DNA of 64,000 bases from Gemmatimonadota bacterium (GTDB lineage Bacteria; Latescibacterota; UBA2968; UBA8231): the NCBI GenBank assembly GCA_038153405.1, contig JAYOYH010000007.1, positions 1-64,000 of the forward strand, read 5' to 3'. A model generated the notes under the pieces. That model was given only the letters and a program-made list of their open reading frames with translations, was not told the origin of the DNA and did not search any database. A program made the translations under genes and the position numbers. Numbering within the stretch: position 1 is the first letter of the stretch; every line of letters starts with the position of its first letter. Below, in pieces: positions 36,906 through 46,258 of the stretch.

Positions 36906-38605
36906 ATAAAACACTTTGTATATGGCTTCTGATCGGTTTGGCCCTAGGGTCTCCGGTCCGCGCTCAACAAGCGGAGCGGGAAGGAGAAGGAGAAGATGAA
37001 CTGCGCCAGGAGCCGAGCGATATGTCCGCGAACGACGCACCTCTCATCGGTATGGAAGCATATCGCGAAGTGCTGGAGTCCGGCGCGTATTTGGTGGGCC
37101 CGGGAGACGAGTTTCTCGTTTACGTGCCGGGCATGATGTCGCCGATGTATAACCGCGTGTTGGCTGAAGGAGGGGTATTTATTCCCCAAGTGGGCATTAT
37201 CAGCGTCGGTGGACTAAGTTTGGGCGAGGCGAGGCGCCGCGTGCAGCAGCGCTTTGCCGAAGTAGTGCACCTGGGAGAGCTGAGCTTTGAACTGAGTGAG
37301 GCGCGACAATTCCCCGTTCCCGTTCTCGGGCTGGTCTCCGAACCGGGGATATATAAGGCCAGCGGAATAGAGCGGGTAAGCCAGATCATAGACAAGGCCG
37401 GTGAACTAGAGGAAAAGGCAACGACGCGCAATATTCACCTCATAAAAACGGCCGGTGTATCGGCCGAAGACCGCGTGCAACTCAGCAAACGCCTCGCCCT
37501 CGGCCTCAGTGCTGAGGGAATGGATGGGGTGGAGATTGGAAGGGTGGATATCGACATGTATCGGATAACGGGTGAATCGCAGTATAACCCGTTTATCGAA
37601 GACGGTGATATTATTCTCGTCACTGCTTCTCTCGGCCGCATGGCCTGCTTTGGTGCGATAAATCGCTCGGGGTTTTACGAGTATGTGAAGGGAGACCGCT
37701 TGAGTGACCTATTGAGCCTAGCGCTTGGCCCGACTGTTGATATCGACTTTTCCAACACCTCGCTGTTTCGCTTTGAAAACGATCTTGAGGGGCGAGTGGC
37801 TCTCTCGGTCGATTTGCAAGCGGTATTGGATGGTGACCCGGAGGCCGATATCGAACTGCAAGCCGACGACTGGCTTAACGTGCGTTCCATTCCTGAATTC
37901 CACAAGAGGAGCGAGGTCTCCATTTTAGGTGAAGTGGCCTATCCGGGGTATTACGTTACCGATGTGGAAGGCATGGATCTGCGCTCGTTGGTGGCCAAGG
38001 CCGGCGGCTTCACTGAGCAGGCCGCCTTAGCAGAGGCGCGTATCGTGCGCCAACAAAGCGTAGAGGGGCAAAATCAACAAAGCAGGGTCGAGGAAATCGA
38101 TCCGGAATTTGAACGCATTCGCTTTATACCCGTAGTTGACCGCACGGAAGACGAAAACCAGTACTTCATTATGAAGTCGCGCGAGCGCGCTGGTCAGATG
38201 TCGGTCGATTGGGTCAAGCTCTTTATCGAGGGGGACGATTCGCACAACATAACGCTCTTGCCCGGTGATGTCATCGTGGTGCCTACGCTGCTGCGCACCG
38301 TGACGGTAAGCGGTGCCGTCGCCCAGCCCGGGACGGTTACATACGATGCGTCCTATACCGTGGAGGACTATATAGAGCGGACGGGGGGATTGGGATGGCG
38401 CGCCTCCGATGATGTGCGCATCATTAAGGGGTTAACTGGCGAGGTAAAACGCGCAAAGGATTATGTTGAGATCCAACCGGGCGATCGAATTTGGGTCAAG
38501 GAGAAGCCCGAGCGAGACTATTGGGAAATCTTTACGCAGGGCATGAACGTGATTGGCGAGGTGACGACAGTGGTGCTGCTCTTTGTAACGATTACGGGAA
38601 ACTGA
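36902..38605 (+). CDS. SLBB-domain polysaccharide export protein (Wza/KpsD-like)
   Basis: Signal peptide, YLVGPGD Poly_export motif, repeated GEVAYPG/GAVAQPG...AGG SLBB units, hydrophobic C-terminal helix. Confidence 0.85.
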   Translation: MNKTLCIWLLIGLALGSPVRAQQAEREGEGEDELRQEPSDMSANDAPLIGMEAYREVLESGAYLVGPGDEFLVYVPGMMSPMYNRVLAEGGVFIPQVGIISVGGLSLGEARRRVQQRFAEVVHLGELSFELSEARQFPVPVLGLVSEPGIYKASGIERVSQIIDKAGELEEKATTRNIHLIKTAGVSAEDRVQLSKRLALGLSAEGMDGVEIGRVDIDMYRITGESQYNPFIEDGDIILVTASLGRMACFGAINRSGFYEYVKGDRLSDLLSLALGPTVDIDFSNTSLFRFENDLEGRVALSVDLQAVLDGDPEADIELQADDWLNVRSIPEFHKRSEVSILGEVAYPGYYVTDVEGMDLRSLVAKAGGFTEQAALAEARIVRQQSVEGQNQQSRVEEIDPEFERIRFIPVVDRTEDENQYFIMKSRERAGQMSVDWVKLFIEGDDSHNITLLPGDVIVVPTLLRTVTVSGAVAQPGTVTYDASYTVEDYIERTGGLGWRASDDVRIIKGLTGEVKRAKDYVEIQPGDRIWVKEKPERDYWEIFTQGMNVIGEVTTVVLLFVTITGN

Positions 38606-38609
38606 GCGC

Positions 38610-39800
38610 ATGCAAAGCGAAAAGACCCTGCTCGACTACGTCTACGTGTTGGTTAAATGGCGGCGCTTGATCCTCTGGCCTGTGCTTGTCGTCTCGCTGT
38701 GTGCGGCCGTCGTGGCCTTGCTGCTACCGGAGCGCTGGCAGGCCGACACCGTGCTCTTGCCCAGTGAGGAGAAACCGGGAAGCATTGAGATGTCGATGTT
38801 ATTGGGGCCCACTATGCCTGGCGGATTGGGCGGGTTATTGGGGCAGGCGACGCCGGGGGAACGCCTGCTGACCGTGCTGAAGAGTCGGCGCGTCTTAGGG
38901 GCGATGGTCGACCGCTTTGACCTCGTCGACGACTTCGACGTGCCCAATCGCGATTTGGCCATTGAGACGCTCCGCGAAATTGTTGAAGCGGAGCTGAGCC
39001 GCGACGGGGCACTCTTTGTGCAGGTCGAGGCGTCGAGCCCGCAGTTGGCGGCTGATTTAGCCAATGCCCTTGCGGCAGAGCTCGACGTAGTTGTGCGCCA
39101 AAACAAGCGGGAGCAGGCCGACGAACTGCGCGGCTTTTTGGAGAGCCGAATGGAGGCGGTGCAGGGGGAGATCGAGACCAAGGCGCTCCATATGCGCCGC
39201 TTTCAGGAGGAAAGGGGTGTCGTCGATCTGGAAGCACAGACGGCGGCCATGGTCGAGCTCACCCAGCACATCGTCCAAGAGCTGGCCATGCTCGAAGTAA
39301 AACTGGGCATTGCCCAGCGCCGCTTAAACCCCGATCACGAAGAGCGCCTGCTGCTAGAAATGGAGGCCGACGAACTGCGTCGACAGCTGCGGCGGGCCGT
39401 CGGCGATTTGGGGGGGACCGGCGTTGAGCAGCGCGGCCGAGATGACGCTTTTGCCGCATTGGGTCCCCCGCTGCGCCAGTGGCCGAGCCTAGGCTTGGAA
39501 TATGCCCAACTCAGCCTAGAGATGAAAGTGGCCGAACAAGTGCTGGTCTTCCTCGCCGCTCAGCTGGAAGACGCTAAATATCGCCAGGCACAGGACGCGC
39601 CCACGTTGCAAGTACTCGATCCGGCTTCCATTCCCGAGTTTCGCAGCGCGCCGGGCCGCACCCTCATCGTATTGATAGCGGCTGGGCTCAGCTTGGCTAT
39701 TGGCATCGTCTTGGCATTTTTCTGCGAGGCGCTGGGGGGGCTATCCAGCAATAACCGCGACAAAGTGCTGGCCATTCGCCAGGCGTGGGGCAATAATTAG
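38610..39800 (+). CDS. Wzz/GumC-like chain-length determinant (polysaccharide co-polymerase), no kinase domain
   Basis: LLDYVYVLVKWRRLI plus TM, coiled-coil core, LQVLDPA..PE.RSAP.R plus C-terminal TM. Confidence 0.85.
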   Translation: MQSEKTLLDYVYVLVKWRRLILWPVLVVSLCAAVVALLLPERWQADTVLLPSEEKPGSIEMSMLLGPTMPGGLGGLLGQATPGERLLTVLKSRRVLGAMVDRFDLVDDFDVPNRDLAIETLREIVEAELSRDGALFVQVEASSPQLAADLANALAAELDVVVRQNKREQADELRGFLESRMEAVQGEIETKALHMRRFQEERGVVDLEAQTAAMVELTQHIVQELAMLEVKLGIAQRRLNPDHEERLLLEMEADELRRQLRRAVGDLGGTGVEQRGRDDAFAALGPPLRQWPSLGLEYAQLSLEMKVAEQVLVFLAAQLEDAKYRQAQDAPTLQVLDPASIPEFRSAPGRTLIVLIAAGLSLAIGIVLAFFCEALGGLSSNNRDKVLAIRQAWGNN

Positions 39801-39861
39801 TTCGTAATTTTTCTGGCCGGAATGGTGGCCGTGCCGATACAATAATTAGGTGGATTATTGT

Positions 39862-40053
39862 ATGAACTTTAAGAAAAATTACCCATTGCCCGAACATCTC
39901 AGCAGTGAAGATGCCCTGCCGCGCAGCCAAGAAGAGCGCTTGATGTGGATTCGACTGCGCGTTGAAAAGGGATATTACGAGAGCGAACGGGTTAAAAAGG
40001 CCGTGGCGGAAGCGTTTTTAGACCCGCCGGCCTACCGACGTGCCGGGGATTGA
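39862..40053 (+). CDS. Small hypothetical protein resembling the FlgM C-terminal motif
   Basis: AGGTGG RBS before ATG 39862; ERLMWIRLRVEKGYYESERVKKAVAEAF; followed by a terminator. Confidence 0.55.
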   Translation: MNFKKNYPLPEHLSSEDALPRSQEERLMWIRLRVEKGYYESERVKKAVAEAFLDPPAYRRAGD

Positions 40054-40074
40054 GTCAGGAAAAAAATACACATT

Positions 40075-40113
40075 GAAAAAGCGCCGCATCTGTAGAAGAT
40101 GCGGCTCTTTTTC
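40075..40113. terminator. Bidirectional intrinsic terminator
   Basis: GAAAAAgc-GCCGCATCT-gtaga-AGATGCGGC-tcTTTTTC between the convergent small ORF and the tRNA. Confidence 0.85.
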
Positions 40114-40116
40114 TTA

Positions 40117-40201
40117 TGGTGGGGGGAGCAGGATTCGAACCTACGAAGGCTGAGCCAACAGATTTACAGTCTGCCCCGTTTGACCGCTTCGGTATCCCCC
40201 C
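40117..40201 (-). tRNA. tRNA-Tyr (GTA)
   Basis: Reverse complement GGGGGGATACCGAAGCGGTCAAACGGGGCAGACTGTAAATCTGTTGGCTCAGCCTTCGTAGGTTCGAATCCTGCTCCCCCCACCA: 7-bp acceptor stem, GTA anticodon, long variable arm, TTCGAAT T-loop, encoded CCA. Confidence 0.97.
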
Positions 40202-40258
40202 TAAAGTCGCAGCCAAGACTGCTAAAAAATAGGTGGGATTAGAAAACTGTCAATACTT

Positions 40259-41107
40259 TCACGACTCGCTGGACAGGCTTTTCAGCGCTCCGTTGCGCGC
40301 CGGGTGGCGCAGCTTGCTCAGGGCCCGCTCCTTGAGCTGGCGAATGCGCTCGCGCGTTAGGTTCATCATATCGCCAATCTCTTCCAGCGTTAGCGCCTCA
40401 TTGCCGTCTAGACCAAAGTAAAGACGGATGATGCGCAGCTCGCGCTCATCCAACGTATTGAGGGCATTTTCCAGTTGGACGCGCGCCGACTCGCGCAGGA
40501 CGTCGGCGTCGGGCGATTCCAGCGACTGATCGGCCAGCGTGTTGAGCAGGCTGCGTTCGTCGTCGTCGGTAAACGACTCGTCGAGGGAACACACGGAGCG
40601 CGCGCTGAGAATGGTCTCCAGCACCTCTTCGGCCGGCACGTCGAGTTCCTCGGCAATTTCTTCTACATCGGGCTCGCTTTCGCGATCCTGGCCCAATTTG
40701 CGCGAGGCTTTGGAGATGTCTTTGAGCAAGCTCACTTTGTTGAGGGGGAGGCGGACCGTGCGCACGTGCTCGGCCAGCGTTTGCAGGATGGATTGGCGAA
40801 TCCACCAAACGGCATAGGATATGAACTTGTACCCCTTAGTACCGTCAAAGCGATCAGCGGCCGTTATGAGGCCCAGGTTGCCGGCGCTGATCAGATCGGA
40901 AAGCGATAAACCGCGGTTTTGATACTTCTTAGCTACGTCGACGACAAAGCGCAAATTGGCGCGAATCATCTCGTCGCGGGCGCGCATGTCGCCGTTTTTA
41001 ATGCGTTCTGCTAGCTCTACTTCACGTTCGCGGCTAAGCGGCGTGGATTCGGCGATATCGTCGAAGTAGAGTCGTAGGGTACTCTCCTCGTCGTGCAGAT
41101 TCTGCAT
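40259..41107 (-). CDS. RNA polymerase sigma-70 factor, RpoD/SigA family, lacking region 1.1
   Basis: ANLRFVV.VAKKYQNRG, DLISAGNLGL, KFISYAVWWIRQSI, TLEEIG...LTRERIRQ; 282 aa. Confidence 0.93.
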   Translation of the reverse strand: MQNLHDEESTLRLYFDDIAESTPLSREREVELAERIKNGDMRARDEMIRANLRFVVDVAKKYQNRGLSLSDLISAGNLGLITAADRFDGTKGYKFISYAVWWIRQSILQTLAEHVRTVRLPLNKVSLLKDISKASRKLGQDRESEPDVEEIAEELDVPAEEVLETILSARSVCSLDESFTDDDERSLLNTLADQSLESPDADVLRESARVQLENALNTLDERELRIIRLYFGLDGNEALTLEEIGDMMNLTRERIRQLKERALSKLRHPARNGALKSLSSES

Positions 41108-41174
41108 AGTTCCTCTCGTTTATCGTGTAGGGTTAAACGGAGCGATTGTACATAAGTTGAGATGCTCGGTCAAG

Positions 41175-41405
41175 TTATTTATCGCTCGGCGCGGCGGGGT
41201 GCAACACGTCGACGATGTATTTGTGGGCGCCCTCGTAGGGCTGATTGCCCAATTCGCGCGCGACTAAGAGAGCGCTCTCGACCAAAAGGCGGTCGCCTAA
41301 AGCGAGGTCGAGCAGCTGCTGTACGTGATCGGGGCGCAGGGCAAAGCGATCGGTTAGTAGCTGTATTGCGTCTGTGTCTTCCGGTGTAATTCCTGTGTCG
41401 AGCAT
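41175..41405 (-). CDS. Small hypothetical protein
   Basis: 76-aa ORF co-oriented with and upstream of the sigma gene; fills the intergenic space. Confidence 0.5.
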   Translation of the reverse strand: MLDTGITPEDTDAIQLLTDRFALRPDHVQQLLDLALGDRLLVESALLVARELGNQPYEGAHKYIVDVLHPAAPSDK

Positions 41406-41637
41406 TGAAAAATCACTCTCGTAAATAAAGGGAAGGGGCGGAAGCTACCATTTGAAAACATACCAAGTGCCGCAGGTTTACGCCACCTGTTTGGCCCGCT
41501 CGGGGACAGGGCAAAGAAGGCCCCAAAGAGTTAGCCAATCGCCCCGATCTCCTGTAAGCAGAGCTAGTTAGCTGAAATTTATTGCGCGGGTATTACCGTG
41601 CCTTTGCAAAAGAAATTTTTAGTTTTAAATAAAAAAA

Positions 41638-41650
41638 AATCAATAAGTTA
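41638..41650. promoter_or_regulatory. Putative IHF-binding site
   Basis: AATCAATAAGTTA matches WATCAANNNNTTR exactly and has an adjacent A-tract, in an AT-rich intergenic region. Confidence 0.45.
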
Positions 41651-41762
41651 CCAATTTAATTCACAAAATGGGCAATTTGCCCTATTTCCCATCCGTATGG
41701 GCCCTTTAAACGGGGCGATCTCGGTCCACTGTGGGTCGAGATCGCCCTCGGTTCGTTTCGAT

Positions 41763-42923
41763 TCAGTCGATGCGGTGGTAGTGGCCGCTCTTATCCCAGT
41801 GCGGCCGCGAGCGCCCGTTGGGATCCCATACGATGCGACCCGAGCGCAGGGTGAGTTGGCAGTCGAGCAAGTGGCGGCCGTCGTGGCGCGCCCCGCCCGA
41901 ATCGACAAAGCCGAAGGCGCCCTCGCGCAGTTCAAATACGGCGATATCGGCTTCCGCCCCCACGGTCATGTGGCCGAGTTCGGGACGGCGAATCACCTTG
42001 GCCGCTTTGTGCGTGGAGCGGTAAACCACTTCCTGCAGGGGCATGCCCATAGCCAGAAACTTCGACATCGTCACGGGCATGGTTGCGTTGGGCCGCATGC
42101 GACTGCTCTTGTGCAGGTCGGTGCTGATGGTGTCGGGTGGAAAACCCTGTTGGATGGCGGGAACGGCGATGCGAAACCAGAACGAGCCCCCGCCGTGGCC
42201 GGTGTCGAAGATGATGCCGCGACGGCGTGCGGCCAGCACGTAGTCGTTGATCACCTTGTCGTCGTCGAGCAGGGGAATGTGCGCAGCATAGAGGTGGGTG
42301 TGGATATCGCCGGGGCTCATGTGTTCGAGCAGTTCTTCGTAGGAGCGCGTAGGTCGCGGGGCAAAGTCGATCATGGCGATAGAGTCGCTCAGACGAGCGG
42401 CTTCAATGGCGCCACCGGCCGACTCCCAGCCCGGTCCGCCGAAATGGGCAGACTTTGAGCCGACCACGTGTTCGCGGTACTGCTTTATGGTGGCAGCACA
42501 GGGCGTGGGGTCCATATCGCTTGTGTCCTGCTCTGGGGGACCTGTCATGCCGGCGCCCACAATATTGATAAAGGCCAGCACGCGCGTGGTGGAGCGGTCG
42601 ATGATGGTCGATTTGAAATCGGCGAAATCTTTCCAGCCGGCCCCGCCCGTGTCGACGACGGTGGTCACGCCGTTGGTTAGCGAGTGCTGATCGGGAAAGA
42701 GCCAGCCGTCGTAGCCACCGTAGACGTGCACGTGGATGTCGAGTAGGCCTGGAGTAACGTAGAGCCCGGTGACGTCGACTTCTTTTGTCGCGCTGCCCTC
42801 AACCTGGGGAGATACAGCGGCAACTACCCCGTCCTTGACGGCAATATCGGCAGGTCCGTCTATGTCGTTCCTGGGATCAATGACGTGCCCACCGCGCAGC
42901 AGCACATCGTAGGTTTCGCTCAT
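41763..42923 (-). CDS. Amidohydrolase/deacetylase family metallohydrolase (dihydroorotase-like)
   Basis: PGLLDIHVH, GVTTVVDTG, GDIHTH, DTGHGGGSF, TISTDLH, GAEADIAV. Confidence 0.85.
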   Translation of the reverse strand: MSETYDVLLRGGHVIDPRNDIDGPADIAVKDGVVAAVSPQVEGSATKEVDVTGLYVTPGLLDIHVHVYGGYDGWLFPDQHSLTNGVTTVVDTGGAGWKDFADFKSTIIDRSTTRVLAFINIVGAGMTGPPEQDTSDMDPTPCAATIKQYREHVVGSKSAHFGGPGWESAGGAIEAARLSDSIAMIDFAPRPTRSYEELLEHMSPGDIHTHLYAAHIPLLDDDKVINDYVLAARRRGIIFDTGHGGGSFWFRIAVPAIQQGFPPDTISTDLHKSSRMRPNATMPVTMSKFLAMGMPLQEVVYRSTHKAAKVIRRPELGHMTVGAEADIAVFELREGAFGFVDSGGARHDGRHLLDCQLTLRSGRIVWDPNGRSRPHWDKSGHYHRID

Positions 42924-43067
42924 GGCCGATCCTTTCGTCGATTTTGGGAGCGGCTAGCGGTTGCTGCCGGCGTGTTGCCCCCTAGTGGATTTTTGAGCAA
43001 ATTGTAGATGCTTGAACACTGTTTATTTCGATCAACTACTGCAATTTACAGCAAGGAGAATAAACAA

Positions 43068-44057
43068 ATGGCTCGCACTGTGAAAGTGGCTGTCACCGGC
43101 GCCGCTGGACAGATTGGTTACGCGCTGTTGCCGCGCCTGGCATCGGGAGCTGTATTCGGCCCCGACGTGCGCGTTTCGCTGCACCTCCTCGAAATCACGC
43201 CAGCGCTCAAAGCACTGGAGGGCGTGGTCATGGAGTTGGACGACTGCGCCTTTCCACTGCTCGACGATATCGTGCTTACAGACGACGCAGAGAAGGCGTT
43301 TGACGGCATTAATTGGGGTCTACTGGTGGGCTCCAAACCGCGCGGGAAGGGTATGGAGCGCGGCGATTTGATTCGCGAAAACGGGCCTATTTTCGTCGGG
43401 CAGGGCAAGGCGCTGGCGCGCGCAGCGTCCGATGTGCGGGTGCTAGTCGTGGGCAATCCGGCCAACACAAACTGCCTGATTGCCATGCACAATGCCGCGG
43501 GGGCCGGGGTGCCTAAGGAGCGCTTTCACGCCATGACGCGCCTCGATCAGAATCGCGCCCAGGCGCAGCTAGCCAAGAAGGCCGGCGTCAAAGTGGCCGA
43601 GGTGACCAATATGGCCATCTGGGGCAATCATAGCGCGACCCAGTACCCCGACGCGGAAAACGCGCGCATCGGTGGGCGCCCGGTTGCCGAAGTAATCGGC
43701 CACGTTTCGTGGCTACAGCAGGATTTTATAAAGATTGTCCAGCAGCGCGGGGCGGCCGTTATCGAAGCGCGCGGTCTGTCGTCGGCTGCTTCGGCTGCCA
43801 ATGCCGCCCTCGACCACGTAATGAGCATGGAGCGCGCCACGCCCGAGGGCGACTTTTTCTCGGCGGCCATTGTCTCTGACGGCAGCTATGGCGTTGAGGA
43901 GGGGCTGATTTACTCCTTCCCCGTTTGCAGCGATGGAAAGGGGAACTGGAGTATCGTACAGGGGCTCGAATTGAGCGGTTTTGCCCGCGAAAAGATTGCC
44001 GCCACCGAGGCCGAACTCAAAGAAGAGCGGGCCGTCATAGCCGATTTGCTTTCGTAA
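43068..44057 (+). CDS. mdh: Malate dehydrogenase
   Basis: [74 protein letters not shown]. Confidence 0.96.
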   Translation: MARTVKVAVTGAAGQIGYALLPRLASGAVFGPDVRVSLHLLEITPALKALEGVVMELDDCAFPLLDDIVLTDDAEKAFDGINWGLLVGSKPRGKGMERGDLIRENGPIFVGQGKALARAASDVRVLVVGNPANTNCLIAMHNAAGAGVPKERFHAMTRLDQNRAQAQLAKKAGVKVAEVTNMAIWGNHSATQYPDAENARIGGRPVAEVIGHVSWLQQDFIKIVQQRGAAVIEARGLSSAASAANAALDHVMSMERATPEGDFFSAAIVSDGSYGVEEGLIYSFPVCSDGKGNWSIVQGLELSGFAREKIAATEAELKEERAVIADLLS

Positions 44058-44828
44058 TTGTCTCCCTCTGCAGTGCAGTGGGACGCCCGTCTGTACGATG
44101 AGCACCACGGCTACGTGGCTCGCTTTGGGCGCGATCTGCTCGATGTGTTGCGCCCCCAGGTCGGTGAGTCCATCCTCGACCTGGGGTGCGGCACGGGCGA
44201 TTTGACGGTGCAGTTGGCCGCAGTTGGATCGCAGGTGCTGGGCGTGGATGCCTCGCCCGCGATGGTCGATGCGGCCCGCGCTAAGTATCCTCAGCAATCC
44301 TTTTTACAGGCCGATGTGCGCACGCTGGATCAGGTGCTCGGACAGCGTCGCTTCGACGCCGTTTTTTCCAATGCCGTTCTCCACTGGGTTCGCCAGCCCG
44401 AACTGGCGCTGGGCCAGATGGCCGCCCGGCTGAAAAAGGGCGGCCGCTTGGTGTTGGAAATGGGCGGTGCGCGCAATATTGCCGCCATACGCGATGGCTT
44501 GGATAGGGCCCGCCGTCACTTGGCACTGCCCGCAGTGCAATCCCCCTGGTATTTTCCCTCGCTAAGTCAGTACTGCGCCCTGGTAGAAGGGTGCGGCCTG
44601 CGCGTTGGCGCGGCGTGGCATTTTGCGCGCCCGACGCCGATGGAAGGGGAAGGGGGCCTGCGCGACTGGTTGTCCATGTTTGCCACCGCCTACCTAGACG
44701 ACGTGGATTTGTCGATGAGGGAAAAATTGGTCGAAGCCGTTGAAGGACACGCCCGTGCCCAACTCTACCGCGACGGCCAGTGGTGGGTCGACTACTGGCG
44801 GCTGCGCGTCGTCGCCCACGAGGGTTGA
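44058..44828 (+). CDS. Class I SAM methyltransferase (Tam-like)
   Basis: WDARLY, ILDLGCGTG, FDAVFSNAVLHW, DYWRLR. Confidence 0.85.
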   Translation: MSPSAVQWDARLYDEHHGYVARFGRDLLDVLRPQVGESILDLGCGTGDLTVQLAAVGSQVLGVDASPAMVDAARAKYPQQSFLQADVRTLDQVLGQRRFDAVFSNAVLHWVRQPELALGQMAARLKKGGRLVLEMGGARNIAAIRDGLDRARRHLALPAVQSPWYFPSLSQYCALVEGCGLRVGAAWHFARPTPMEGEGGLRDWLSMFATAYLDDVDLSMREKLVEAVEGHARAQLYRDGQWWVDYWRLRVVAHEG

Positions 44829-44834
44829 GCTCGA

Positions 44835-45599
44835 ATGGAAGCCTACCGAGCGCGGTTTTACGACGCCTATTTTACTGGAGTGGATGGCGAAGTCGACTTT
44901 TACGTGGACGAGGCGGCCGAAGCCAGCGGTCCCGTGCTCGAATTGGGCTGCGGCACGGGGCGCGTATTATTGCCCATCGCCCGCAGCGGGGTGGAGGTCG
45001 TTGGGCTGGATCGATCGCCTGAATTGTTGGATGTGCTGAGAGAAAAACTGGCTGGCGAAGAGGATGCCGTCGTTGAGCGGGTTGGCCTCGTCGAAGCCGA
45101 TATGATTGATTTTTCCCTCGGGCAAAGAGTGGGCGCTGCCCTCATTCCCTACCGCTCGTTCCAGCACCTCTTGGATCGGAGCGACCAGGAGTGCGCGCTG
45201 CGCACTATCTGGCAGCATCTCGAGGTGGGGGGGCGACTGGTGTTCAATGCCTACGACCCGCTGGGCGATATTGCGCGCGAGGGGCTTTCCTGTCCGCTGC
45301 GCAAAGATATCGATTTCTTCGACAATCGCACCGGACACGCGGTGACCGTCTATTACAGTCGGCAAGTCGATCCCCAGGTGCAGATCATAGAGCAGGAATT
45401 CATCTATGAAGAGTTTGATGCGGAGGGCATTTCGCAGGGGCGCTGGATGAATTTGCTGCAGCTGCGCTGGACCCCGCAGGGAGAAATGGCGCATTTGTTG
45501 GAGCGCTGTGGATTTTGCATAGAGGCGCTGTACGGCGATTTCGAGGGAGCGCCCTATGCGGGATACGGCGAACAGGTATGGGTAGCCAGCCGAACATAA
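44835..45599 (+). CDS. Class I SAM methyltransferase
   Basis: GPVLELGCGTGRV, GLDRS, ADM, LYGDF. Confidence 0.85.
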   Translation: MEAYRARFYDAYFTGVDGEVDFYVDEAAEASGPVLELGCGTGRVLLPIARSGVEVVGLDRSPELLDVLREKLAGEEDAVVERVGLVEADMIDFSLGQRVGAALIPYRSFQHLLDRSDQECALRTIWQHLEVGGRLVFNAYDPLGDIAREGLSCPLRKDIDFFDNRTGHAVTVYYSRQVDPQVQIIEQEFIYEEFDAEGISQGRWMNLLQLRWTPQGEMAHLLERCGFCIEALYGDFEGAPYAGYGEQVWVASRT

Positions 45600-46258
45600 A
45601 AACCTACCGGCACTTGGTCTGGGATTGGAACGGCACGCTGATGGACGATGTGCAGCTGTGTCTCGAAATAACAAATCTGCTGCTAGCCCGTCGCGCCCTG
45701 CCCTCGGTCGATGTCGTTCGCTATCGCGATGTTTTTGGCTTTCCCCTGCGCGACTATTGCCTGCGACTGGGGTTTGACTTGCGCCGAGATTCCTTTGAGC
45801 AGATCAGCGACGAGTTTGCCGAAATCTACGAAGGGCGACGCTACGAGTGCCCGCTGCAGACCGGGAGCGCTCAGCGCTTGGCCGATCTTGAACGCAGAGG
45901 CGTAGAGCACTCGCTGCTTTCGGCCTACGGACAAGAACGGTTGGAAGAGATCGTGGACTACTACGAATTGACGCCCTTTTTCTCCGCGATTATTGGACTC
46001 GATAACGACTATGCTCAAGGCAAGGTCGAGCGCGGCCGTCGCTGCATGGCCGAAATGAATTGGGCTGCTGCCGACATGCTCTACATTGGGGACACGCTGC
46101 ACGACGCCGAGGTCGCACGGGCCATGGGCGTCGACTGTCTGCTCGTATCACAGGGACACCAGAGCCGTGCCAGACTGCTGTCTTCCGGTTTTCCAGTGGT
46201 AGACGATCTGGGCGCCGTGGGCCTTTTTTTAGCCGGTGGCCATGACGCCCGTCCGTGA
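45578..46258 (+). CDS. HAD-family hydrolase (phosphoglycolate phosphatase-like)
   Basis: WDWNGTL, LLSA, K, YIGDTLHD motifs. Start estimated. Confidence 0.85.
   Translation: MGSQPNIKTYRHLVWDWNGTLMDDVQLCLEITNLLLARRALPSVDVVRYRDVFGFPLRDYCLRLGFDLRRDSFEQISDEFAEIYEGRRYECPLQTGSAQRLADLERRGVEHSLLSAYGQERLEEIVDYYELTPFFSAIIGLDNDYAQGKVERGRRCMAEMNWAAADMLYIGDTLHDAEVARAMGVDCLLVSQGHQSRARLLSSGFPVVDDLGAVGLFLAGGHDARP

Noticed and set aside
40117..40201. tRNA-Tyr as an integration site for an island
   Set aside because: No integrase is present and I noticed no duplicated tRNA 3' end in the window. The flanking genes look native.
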